A stretch of 64,000 bases of DNA from NCBI RefSeq assembly GCF_964355755.1, contig NC_092673.1, positions 19,651,648 through 19,715,647 of the forward strand, read 5' to 3'. Made by a program: the position numbers and the translations under genes. A model generated the notes under the pieces. It did no database searches, had not been told where the DNA came from, and saw nothing but the letters and a program-made list of their open reading frames with translations. The DNA is from Antedon mediterranea. Lineage: Eukaryota > Animalia > Echinodermata. Of the stretch, positions 1 to 12,400 are shown piece after piece (position 1 is the first letter of the stretch; the number at the start of each line of letters is the position of its first letter).

Positions 1-120
1 CGTTACTTCTGGTGTGTGCGTCCTGACAAGACATAAGTAGAATAGAACCCGAACGACGACATTAAGAACAATAATTAATGTTTATATTTAAGCAAAAATA
101 AAATAAAGCTTATTGACTCT

Positions 121-285
121 TGTTCATATGGATTGTTAATTAGGTGATACATTTTATAAGGGCACACTCCATACTAATGGGGAATTTAGGTGTAAGTTTT
201 TATTGTTCATATGGATTGTTAATTAAGTGATACATTTTATATAAGGACACACTCCATATTAATGGGGAATTTAGGTGTAAGTTTT
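121..285. repeat. Two-copy tandem duplication of about 83 bp
   Basis: tgttcatatggattgttaatta...ggggaatttaggtgtaagtttt occurs twice. Confidence 0.85.
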
Positions 286-883
286 ATTTTGATTGGTTCA
301 GAAACGGTAATGGTAAAATGCACAGTGAACAGGCTTGTTGTGATTTTTGTTTATTATATATTATTTAAATTTATATAAATTATTTAATAATTAAGTTAAT
401 ATAAATATCAGGATACGGATAAAACTGGTCAACAATTGTTGACCAATATTACACTGTCACCTATCACCATCCCCAGTTTTCTATTTCCTATGGTGACATC
501 CAGAAGAGGATTAGTTGAAATCGGAATTAGAATGCTGTGAGAGTATCACTGAAATATTCATTAAAAAAATGTCATGTTGTTTACAACTAACACATAAGAA
601 TAATCATTTGTGAATTTAAATACTTGGTAATATCATGAAGAAAATAAAAAAGATTACATTATTTTTTCCTCCATGATAGTACACAGTGTCTTGCTTTTGT
701 GTGTACACTCTTTTATTGACTTAACCAACTTGACTGGATATCCAGATACCAATTGTGTAGTAAAATGATTTCATATGCTCTAGTTAACATGTTCTTTACA
801 AAAGGTTGTTCTTTATGAAGTATATAGAAACTACTTATAATAATAATATAAGTTGACAACTTCTATTTTCTGTTATTTTTTAG

Positions 884-1016
884 TATGCAAGACTGACTCT
901 TAAAGTCATGTGACACACAGAACGCTGTAAACAGGGTGTTGGCACTTAGCATAACAATAAACACCTTTGACGATGGACCAGGGAATGGAGGAATATTCAG
1001 ACATGAATCTACAAGG
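884..1016 (+). other. Candidate upstream or alternative first exon of gene 1
   Basis: Polypyrimidine tract with TAG acceptor at 883 and donor GG|gtaatt at 1017. ATG at 973 gives MDQGMEEYSDMNLQ+GG (phase 2), which is compatible with the exon at 3849. Confidence 0.4.
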
Positions 1017-1637
1017 GTAATTTATTGTTACCAATACCAGCAACTCTTTATGAATTTATTGTTAGTGACTGTGAGTTATATTATTCTTGTTCATTTCATT
1101 ACAGTAATTTAACGTTTTAAGCTCTTTGTCATCTGAAAGTTACAAATAAACAGTACAGTTAAACAAACGCAAGACACATGAATTTTGCTTTACTTTATCT
1201 AATCCAGCAGAAGTATTTAGTGTGAGAACATAGATTACAATTTTTTTGTGATAAACTTATAGTAACCTCTGTCTACACTATAAAACTATTTTGACAAAAA
1301 GGTCAGGTCAGTTCATACAGGTCATCTTCAGGCAGTAACACCAGCATACAGGTCATATTCATTCAGTAACGCCAGCATACAGGTCATCTTCATTCAGTAA
1401 CACCAGCATACAGGTCATCTCCATAATATGTCTTTGGCAACTTTTAAATCTTCACTATAGAAAACATATTTGTATTAACCTTTTTGCCTTCACAATTGTA
1501 AATAGTTTTATATCTCTTTTCTTTCTTTTTGTTTTTGTTTTTAATTTTAATACAAATATGTTTACTGAACCACTTTACAAATCAGTACATTTGTATTGAA
1601 AGTGTATTTCAGTTTAAAGAAAGAACAAATAAATAAA

Positions 1638-2236
1638 TAAACTAGAGGGTACTCCGAGAGTACAAACCTCCGCCTACTGTAAAATTCCCCAACATAAAAT
1701 GCCTCCTGAAAATTTTTTTTTACATTTTTTTTAATTAGTTCTAAGTGTAAATATGTTAACTGCACACTACAAAGTTGTGGATGACAGTGTGGTGTAATGG
1801 TTATGTATCCAGCCTCTCACAGTTGAAATCGCTGGTTCAAGTCTCACTGAGGGTTTTTTTTTTTTTATTATTTTTTTATTTATTTTTTTTTTTTTTGTGG
1901 ACCTTGATCTTTGACCCTGACCCTTCAAAATTTAACCACAATTATATGATGTGTCATTGATCATTGTGGCTAAGTTTGGTGAGAATCAGATCAAAACGGA
2001 GGTCTCTAGGCAGTAAAATAGTTTTTTTGTTAGTTATGACCTTGACCTATGACCTTTCCCCCTCAAATTCGAACTCGTTCGAGCTTTTTGGGCATAGATC
2101 ATTGTGTCCAAATTTGGTTAGAATCGGATAAAAACTGTGGCCTCCAGGCTGTTCACAGACACACACACAAACACACACACAAACACACACACAAACATAC
2201 AGGAGTGAAAACATAACCTCCTTGGCGGAGGTAATA
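1638..2236 (-). mobile_element. Helentron-associated (HINE/DINE-1-like) non-autonomous element
   Basis: Subterminal inverted repeat ACCTCCGCC/GGCGGAGGT, hairpin ataacctccttggcggaggtaat, a (CA)n microsatellite, terminal stem-loop gtactccgagagtac and tgaccttga motifs. Confidence 0.6.
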
Positions 2237-2239
2237 ATC

Positions 2240-3290
2240 TTCATGCAGAAACACCAGCATACATGTCATCTCCATCCAGTAACGCCAGCATACAGGTCAT
2301 CTTCATTCATTAACACCAGCATACAGGTCATCTTCATTCAGTAACGCCAGCATACAGGTCATCTTCAATCAGTAACGCCAGCATACAGGTCATCTTCATT
2401 CAGTAACGCCAGCATACAGGTCATCTTTATTCAGTAAGACCAGCATACATGTCATCTTCATTCAGTAAGACCAGCATACAGGTCATCTTCATTCAGTAAG
2501 ACCAGCATACAGGTCATCTTCATTCAGTAAGACCAGCATACAGGTCATCTTCATTCAGTAAGACCAGCATACAGGTCATCTTCATTCAGTAAGACCAGCA
2601 TACAGATCATCTTCATTCAGTAACACCAGCATACAAGTCATCTTAATGCAGTAACACCAGCATACAGATCATCTTCATTCAGTAACACCAGCTTACAGGT
2701 CATCTTAATGCAGTAACACCAGCATACAGGTCATCTTCATAAAGGTAACACCAGCATATAGGTCATCTTCATAAAGGTAACACCAGCATACAGGTTATCT
2801 TCATGCAGTAACACCAGCATACACATTATCTTTATTCTGTAACACCAGCATACAGGTCATCTTAATGCAGTAACACCAGCATACAGATCATCTTCATTCA
2901 GTAACACCAGCTTACAGGTCATCTTCATACAGTAACACCAGCATACAGGTAATCTTCATGCAGTAACACCGGCATACAGGTCATCTTCATTCAGTAAAAC
3001 CAGCATACAGATCATCTTCATTCAGTAACGCCAGCATACAGGTCATCTTCATTCAGTAACGCCAGCATACAGATCATCTTCATTCAGTAACGTCAGCATA
3101 CAGGCCATATTCATTCAGTAACGCCAGCATACAGGTCATATTCATTCATTAACGCCAGCATACAGGTCATCTTTATTCAGTAACGCCAGCATACAGATCA
3201 TCTTCATTCAGTAACGCCAGCATACAGGTCATCTTCATTCAGTAACGCCAGCATACAGGTCATCTTCATTCATTAACACAGCATACAGGT
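2240..3290. repeat. 31-bp minisatellite (cagtaacgccagcatacaggtcatcttcatt), about 33 copies; a few more at about 1310-1420
   Basis: Directly visible tandem array. Confidence 0.95.
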
Positions 3291-3446
3291 GCAATTGAAT
3301 TGTCATAGCTTTTTTAATGCAAAGGTTTCTGTATGATGGAATTATGTTTTACCTTTCCTATTTTCAGAAGAGAATGTGTAGGCTTACTTTTACACTAGAA
3401 GCTATCGGCATTAATAATTGTTAAATGAAGACACTGTATTTTTGCA

Positions 3447-6400
3447 ATGGAGAGGTACGTTTTTAACAATTATTTCAAACAAAAATAACCAGCTCCAATA
3501 TGTGTTGATATTATTGAAATATGTAACTATTAAAAACAAATTAAAATGTTTGAATAGTTATATTGACATACATTATTATATATAACATACTTTATAATCA
3601 GAATTTATAGTTCAAACAAAAAGAAAACACTTTGATTTTAAGATATTCTTTTGAGAAAAATACTTCAAACTTTCTTAAAAGATTATAAAATCCAAAATTA
3701 TTTCTTTCTTTCTTTAAAAATTATGAAATCATAAATATTACAATTAAAGCGCTTATTCTCATTAAATATAATAATAATAATATTTCCATCAATCATCATT
3801 CTCATTAAATACACGGGTATAAATGGATTATTTCTTACATTTTGACAGGAAACATTTGGTAGAAGCTTTGTCAAGGAATGATTTGAAAACAATTAAACAA
3901 ATCTGTAAGACGCAACCAGATCTTCTGAAATCTATCAATGAGGTATAAAAACAGATATATTTTTATAATATTATCAAAGAAGAAATTCTTTTCATTAAGG
4001 TTTAAAATTATAGAGGATGTAATTTTATTTAATAGTTTAAAGCTTTTTTACTTAATTACAATTCTTTTGCATTATCACACTGATGATGGAGGTATAACCT
4101 GCATATACTGATTAACCACATTAGGCTAAAAATAATAATATAAATACACACTGATGATGGAGGTATAACCTGCATGTACTGATTAACCACATTAGGCTAA
4201 AAATAATAATATAAATACACACTGATGATGGAGGTATAACCTGCATGTACTGATTAACAACATTAGGCTAAAAATAATAATATAAATACACACTGATGAT
4301 AGGGGTATAACCTGCATGCACTGATTAACCACATTAGGCTAAAAATAATAATATAAATACACACTGATGAAGGAGGTATAACATGCATGAACTGATTAAC
4401 CACATTAGGCTAAAAATAATTTGCTAGTGTAATAGGCTAACATTCTATAGATATGATGTGGTAAACCATTCTATTTTGTTCTACTCATTTATCAATAATG
4501 ATAATTATTATTATTTACCACAATATTTAGCAGCAATTGTTGTTGTTTGTATTAACAAAAAACAAACAATTTCACATAATGTCTGTTGTCAGTATTTATA
4601 AACTTCATTATGATTCCTTTCCAGGTTGGTGACACTCCATTACATTCATATCTGAGGAGAGGATATCCACCTACCTTAGAAATAGTGACTTGTCTCATTC
4701 AGCATGGGGCACCAGTAGCATTGCAAAATAAGGTAAGGTACAGGGATTTGCTAGTGTAGTAGGCTAACATTCTATAGATATGCTGTAGTAAACCATTCTA
4801 TTTTGTTCTACTCATTTATTAATAATGATAATTATGATTATTTACCACTTTATTTAGCAGCAATTGTTGTTGTTTGTATTAACAAAAAACAAACAATTTT
4901 ACATAATGTCTGTTGTCAGTATTTATAAACTTCATGATGATTCCTTTCCAGGATGGTGACACTCTATTACATTCATATCTGTGGAGTGTACGTACACCTA
5001 CCTTAGAAATAGTGACTTGTCTCATTCAGCATGGGGCACCAGTAGCATTGCAAAATAAGGTATTGTACAGGGATTTGCTAGTGTAATAGGCTAACATTAT
5101 ATATGTAGCTCTTCACAAAATAATGACAATGATAACTTAAACCCAGGTTCTCAATTTCAGCTACAAAATCGATAAAACACAGAATTCCAATACAAAATGC
5201 TTTTATTAATTATAACACAACTGCTTACTTTTAAAACTCAATACTAACTACACAGATCTGACTCATCTCTCCAATTTCACAGTATTTCTAGATAACACAG
5301 GCTATAAAACTTTCTTATTCCCCACCACAAAACCCACAAAATGGACCAGTTGTTATGGAAACCTAGATAAAGGAGGTACAGTCTTAATTAATTCAGAGAT
5401 TGGAATGTGTAAAATCAAACTAAGGCATGATCATTGAGGATATACAAGCTACTAAGTAAATATGAACTTAAATACAATAAAATAATAATACTGCTTTTAG
5501 AGTATCGCTACATCCACCCCTCCTTTCTTGAACGTCGTCCACGACGTTCGCCTGCTTCAAAACCGAGGGAGACTTGCCGAATAATCTAGTCTTAATTAGG
5601 AATTATACTAAAACTACAAACTCTACAAACTATTAAAAAGGCATAAAATGAGGAAACATCAAAATAAACAAAACTTATCTATGATAATACTGTATAAAAC
5701 AAACTTATTAGTAGTGCGGTTCATTACCACCTGAAACAGTCACATATTACCAACCATGGCAAACTGTCTATTATTAACTGTCTATTATTAACTGTATCAT
5801 TACATCATGAATACTATAAAATATAAGATACATTCCATTCTAAAATGAAATTGTACAGCGCAGTACTTGCTGTTCAGACTCAAATTGACCTAGTAAATAC
5901 TTACTCGGTATGAAACGATGAATAAACATAAGGAATGATTTAAATTACTACCGGTACTACAATACCATCACTATGGGTAACCACTTAACTACAGTATACG
6001 GTAATACTACCTTCATTATGCTTTGTTTATACATTTTTTTTAAAGTTAATTTAATTTAATACGTAAAGTATATCAATTAAGTTCAATAGGCGATTGGAAG
6101 GGATGACATCTCACTCACCCCTCCCATCTGAAACGTCGCCCCCGACGTTAATCAAGTAGTTCATGAAAATACATAAAAATATACAATATAGTTCAAACAA
6201 TTACATGTCATCAAATAGTCATATGAAAGTGTCCAAAAAGTCAGTGAAAAAAAATTTAAAAAGTGTTCCAGTGTTCACTTTAATCCAAGTCATATTCAAA
6301 CATAATAGTCGGTGTTTGAGAAGATTGAGGTATGAGTCTATTATCCAATGTATCTATATTATTTACAAATCGTTTATTTGGCGGCGACAACGATACAAAC

Positions 6401-9400
6401 GGAGATGCGTATGGGTTTAGCGAAAGACAATGAGATGGTACTATGTTGCTGGTGCTGGCATCGGCATTTGGTGAGGGTGGAGCGCTTTGGTCTGGCGTCG
6501 GAGTTGATAAATCCAATGGCAAAAACATACATGGAGTCAGTAGATTTCTATGTAATGTCCGCTGACGACCATCCGCGTTTTCAACTTTGTATACTGGAAT
6601 ATTTGGATGTTTGAACAACACGACATATGGGGTTTCCTCCCATCTGTCTACGAGTTTTTGCTTCCCGATAATATGTTTCTTTTGCACAAGGACGCGGTCG
6701 CCCAATTCCAAAGGAGCTTGAGTTGTCTTTTTGTCATACTCGCGTTTCTGTTTGTCTTTGGCTTTCATGGAAGATTTGGCAGCTTGGTCATAGACCAGCT
6801 TTAATCGCTCGCGAAATTGTAAGACCAACTCATCATAATCATCGTCATCACTATTATGATTATCGCTATCAAGTCCAAACATTACATCAATTGGCAGATT
6901 GGCATGTCGGCCGAACATTAAGTAAAATGGCGCATAACCCGTGGAATCGTGTTTAGTACAATTATATGCATGTGCCATATCGCCAACATATTCCTTCCAG
7001 TCCTGTTTACGATCTAGTGAGAGTGTACCCAGCATGTCGATTAGTGTTCTATTAAATCTCTCCGTAGTTCCGTTACCCATTGGGTGGTAGGGTGTAGTAC
7101 GCGACTTTGCTATTCCGGCGACCTTGCACACAGATTTAATTATTGCGCTTTCAAAATTACGCCCTTGATCGGAGTGTATACGTTTTGGGAAACCATAATG
7201 TCTAAATACGTTCTGAAATAGTACCTTGGCAACAGTTTCAGCCGTCTGGTTTTTTGTTGGGTACGCTAAGGCATATCGGGTGAAATGATCGGTGATAACT
7301 AAAACATTTTCATAACCTCCTTTCGACCGTTCCAGACCAAGGAAGTCGATGCATAGTAGTTCCATTGGTTCGTAAGTGTGAATATTCACGAGGGGCGCAC
7401 GTTTCACATTTGGTGAAGTTTTTCGAAGACAGCACCGTTGACATGTGTCACACCAGGTCTTAATGTCGGATGCCATCTTAGGCCAATAAAATCTTCGCCG
7501 AATCATATCGATGGTACGCTCATAACCCAAATGCCCAATGTTGTCATGCAGGTGTTCAAAAGCAAGTTTGTGTTTAGACGTTGGTAATACAAGCTGATCG
7601 CATGCTTCTCCAGTGTTGATATTGGTGGTCCTATATAATATGTTGTTTTTGAACTTTAGGCGATTCCATTGTCTGAGTAAACAGATGACATTCGGATGTT
7701 CAAGTCGACGCTCTGCTGCTGATGGCTTTTGATTGCGTCGGAGGAAGAATGTCACACGGTCAAGCACATCGTCCTCCTTCTGGAGACGGGATATGTCCGC
7801 TTGCGAAAGATTTGGGACAGGCGCAAAACCATGATTTGTGTTAACATCAGGGGCTTGCACTGGATCCCCAGCAGCATCAGTGTTGTCGATACGAGATTTG
7901 CTTCTGGTGTGGGCCTGACACTGTACAATTTGTGGTTGGACATACAGACACGGATTCACAGGGGCAGATCCTGAGAGAACCGCAGTGACCAGTTCACACG
8001 GTACGTCTTTCCTGCGAGATAACGCGTCAGCTGCTGCGTTGCTTTTTCCCGGGCGGTACTTTATATCAAAATCGAACTGGCTTAGGGCAGCCACCCAGCG
8101 TTGACCAGTCGCATCTAATTTCGCTGTGGATAGAACGTACAACAACGGATTATTATCAGTCAGTACTGTAAAGTGATTTCCAATGAGGTACTCTCGAAAT
8201 TTGTTAGTGACAGCCCATTTTAGAGCCAGGAACTCCAATTTGTGCGCCGGATAGCGAGATTCAGATGGGCGAAGGCTACGACTTGCGTAAGCAATGACTC
8301 TTGGCGTGCCATTTTGTACTTGTGAAATAACGGCTCCCAGACCGATACCAGAAGCATCCGTTTCCAAAAGAAACGGCAAATTGTAGTCAGGGTACGCTAG
8401 GATTGGAGCATTTGTCAACAGGTGTTTAAGAAGTGAAAATGCTTTGTCGCATTCTGAAGTCCATACAAATGGTGGTGGTTTGGCATTCATTGCCTTTCTG
8501 CCATTCTTTTTCTTTCGTCGTGGGTCGCCGCACGTTAGTGCATATAACGGCGCAGCTATCTCCGAATACTGGCTGATAAACCGTCTGTAATAGCCGGTAA
8601 ATCCCAAAAATTGAAGAACTTGTTTGCGGTCAACCGGCGTGGGCCAGCTGTCGACTTGCGCTGTTTTAGCAGGGTCGGCATGAATCCCCTCGGCTGATAC
8701 AATGTGGCCCAAATAATTAACCTCAGATCGAAGGAGGGAGCATTTTGAAGGCTTTAACTTCAAACCATTTTCTCTTAGACGTTTGAAAACAGTTTCCAGT
8801 CTCTCTAAATGTTCTTGAAAGTTATTAGAAAAAATAATGATATCGTCCAAGTATATTAACAAAGTAGAAAAGTTTTGGTCACCAAAGCACGACATCATCA
8901 AACGTTGAAACGTCGCCGGTGCGTTTTGGAGTCCAAATGGCATTCGGTTACACTCAAATAAACCCATTGGTGTTGTAAATGCTGTTTTTGGTTTATCTTC
9001 TTCTGCTACCTCTACCTGCCAATAGCCGCTAGTCAAATCTAATGTAGAGAAGATTTTGGCCTTACCCAGAGCATCCATAGCTTCATCTATCCTGGGTATT
9101 GGAAACGCATCTCTTACTGTTTTAGAATTAAGTTTTCTAAAATCGATACATATGCGCATTGACCCATCCTTCTTGCGAACAATCACCATCGGTGAAGCAT
9201 ATGGGCTTTTGCTTGGTCGAATGGCGCCAGCCTCTAACATACCATTGATATGCGAGCGCACTTCTTGATATTGCGATGGTGGGATGCGGCGAAAGGGTAG
9301 TCTAAATGGTTGGTTGTCAATAAGTGGTATATGGTGATATATGGCCTTAGTATGGCCAAAATCGTTTGCGTCCTTTGAGAAAACATCCGAGTATTTGTCT

Positions 9401-12400
9401 AACAGTGATTTTAGTGCTTTGTGTTCAGAGTCAGTTTTAATGTCTGATTCTGAAAGATCTGGCAGAACAGTTTGTGATGTGATATTAAGTTGGCTAATAC
9501 CACCTGTAACATCGTAAGTGTCCAAACTTGCAATTTGAGATAGAGTCGCTACCGTGGTGTTGTGGTGCAAAAAGATTGGTTTGTCAGATACATTGCAGAT
9601 TCGCACTGTAACTATATTGTTTCGCCGGATGTGGGATACTGAACGACCAACGAGAAAGTTTGTAGTACTTCCAAATGGCTCAACAAGCACAGTTGATATT
9701 TTATCTTTAGACCACACTGCAGTACATTGTATATCAATTTGTTGATTTGGGTTTATGCGAGCAGGGTGTCTATTAAAGTATACAGCTCTGCCAACATTTT
9801 CTGGTTGTATATTTTTCTCCATTTGCGCAAATGCTGCTACAAAGGCTGCATCTTTGCATTTTATGTTGTGTTTGTCGTTTTTCTGTGCACGTAGAACATT
9901 GGTCCCAATCAGAACGGGGATAGTTTTGCGGTATTTACTGTTCGGGACTACAAACACGGGAACAGCGGAGTATGTTTTATTGAGTATATTGATGTCGCTA
10001 TTAATAATTCCATAGTACGGGACACTCTGGCCATTTGCCGCTATAACTTCTATGGTTGAGCGTTCCATAACTTGTGATTTTAATTCCGGAATTTTGTTAT
10101 ATAATTCAATAGTTATAGTTGATATCTGTGAGCCTGAATCAATAAGGGCGTTACATTTTACTCCATGAATTGATATTTCTGCTTGATTGGTTGGCCCGAC
10201 AAGATATGTCTGTCCTTTGGGTGTGTGCTTTTCACCACCAACCCACCCTACTGTTGTGGTGACCTGCCGTTTCCCGTCGGCGCATTTGGGCAAAATCGTC
10301 GAATGTGTCCAATTTGGCCGCAGCCGTAGCATTCTAGTGCCCTAGGTTGTGTCATGTTGGGCCGTTGCTGCGCCGCTTCCTTTGCCTCAAGTTTAGCGGG
10401 AAGAAAGCTTATTTTCCTCTCCATCTCCGTAACTAATCTGTGCATGGACGCGTCCTCACCGGAACCTTTAACATTTGTCGGCGTTATGGGAGGGGCTACT
10501 AGGTGTGGTGCGCACGGTTGCTGCTTTCGTTCTCGTTCTAGTAGTCTTATCTCTGATAGAACAGAATGAAATGTCATAGACCTCGGTCTCATGGGCGCTA
10601 TTCGTCCAACTACTTCTTGGTCGTACATTCCCCGCATTAATTGTTGTGTCAACATTCGATCCCTTTCATGCATGGGACCTCGCCCAAGTTTCTCCTCCAC
10701 ATCTCGTAATACTGCTTCTAGTTCAATGGCATAAAAACTAGCAGACTCACCCTGTCTTTGTGTTCTCTGGTAGAAATCAGATAAGGGGTCACCAGAGGAC
10801 ACATTTCCGAATTGTTCTTTTAGTTCTTTGAATGCTCTTTCTGGTGTCTGGCATTCTCTCGGTAAGTTCAACACCAGCTTCCGTGCAGTTCCTCCCAGAT
10901 TTCTAACTATTGTTGAAAACTGTAGGTGACTAGGCATGTTGCTACAGCTTAAGATATGTTGAACATCTCTGGTCCAATCCTCAATCAGTAGGTTGGGTGA
11001 TTGTCCCGTAAATATTGGTACTCCTTTTAGTTGGTGTGCCGGGGTGTAAATTTGTACTGATTTTGGCACTGGTAATAATGGTTTTACCGCTGTATTATAC
11101 CCCTGAACTGGTCTTGGTAATCGAGGTTGGCCTGGAGTTTCTAGGCTTTGAGACACATCCGCTCTCATCGGGGTAGTATAGTAACTATTTCTCTCCCATA
11201 ATGGCGAGTTTTCTGGTTGAACAGTTTCACATCGGGTATCTTCATATCCTGTCATATCCAATACAGTATATTCCATTGTAGATTAAAATTTGTTTAACAA
11301 AACAAATCCTGGTCACGGCACCAATTGTAGCTCTTCACAAAATAATGACAATGATAACTTAAACCCAGGTTCTCAATTTCAGCTACAAAATCGATAAAAC
11401 ACAGAATTCCAATACAAAATGCTTTTATTAATTATAACACAACTGCTTACTTTTAAAACTCAATACTAACTACACAGATCTGACTCATCTCTCCAATTTC
11501 ACAGTATTTCTAGATAACACAGGCTATAAAACTTTCTTATTCCCCACCACAAAACCCACAAAATGGACCAGTTGTTATGGAAACCTAGATAAAGGAGGTA
11601 CAGTCTTAATTAATTCAGAGATTGGAATGTGTAAAATCAAACTAAGGCATGATCATTGAGGATATACAAGCTACTAAGTAAATATGAACTTAAATACAAT
11701 AAAATAATAATACTGCTTTTAGAGTATCGCTACATATAGATATGCTGTGGTAAACCATTCTATTTTGTTCTACTCATTTATTAATAATGATAATTATGAT
11801 TATTTACCACAATATTTAGCAGCAATTGTTGTTGTTTGTATTAACAAAAAACAAACAATTTTACATAATGTCTGTTGTCAGTATTTATAAACTTCATTAT
11901 GATTCCTTTCCAGAATGGTGACACTCTATTACATTCATATCTGTGGAGTGTACGTACACCTACCTTAGAAATAGTGACTTGTCTCATTCAGCATGGGGCA
12001 CCAGTAGCATTGCAAAATAAGGTATTGTACAGGGATTTGCTAGTGTAATAGGCTAACATTATATAGATCTGCTGAAGTAAACCATTCAGCAGTAATTGTT
12101 GTTGTTTGTATTTACCAAAAAAAAAACAATTTTACATAATGTCTGTTGTCAGTATTTATAAACTTCATTATGATTCCTTTCCAGAATGGTGACACTCTAT
12201 TACATTCATATCTGTGGAGTGTACGTACACCTACCTTAGAAATAGTGACTTGTCTCATTCAGCATGGGGCACCAGTAGCATTGCAAAATAAGGTATTGTA
12301 CAGGGATTTGCTAGTGTAATAGGCTAACATTATATAGATATGCTGTGGTAAACCATTCTATTTTGTTCTACTCATTTATTAATAATGATAATTATGATTA

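Larger units (their letters stand above)
5104..11734 (-). mobile_element. Full-length Ty3/Gypsy LTR retrotransposon (6631 bp)
   Basis: Two 409-bp TG...CA LTRs that look identical by eye, a 4-bp TATA target-site duplication (5100-5103 and 11735-11738), a PBS, a PPT, and intact gag and pol. Confidence 0.97.

Noticed and set aside
1783-1850. tRNA gene
   Set aside because: A- and B-box-like motifs are present but I could not form a convincing acceptor stem or cloverleaf; it is embedded in a repeat element.
2240-3290. 31-bp array (and the 37-bp array at 56670) as a CRISPR array
   Set aside because: Head-to-tail repeats with no unique spacers, no cas genes and a eukaryotic context.
3425-3454. Upstream ATG (3425) as the start of gene 1
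   Set aside because: It gives phase 0 and hits a stop early in the next exon; the ATG at 3447 is in frame and conserved in gene 2.
6163-10569. Short + strand ORFs within the Gypsy element, or an env gene
   Set aside because: Antisense shadows of gag and pol with no recognisable motifs; no env-sized ORF lies between pol and the 3' LTR.
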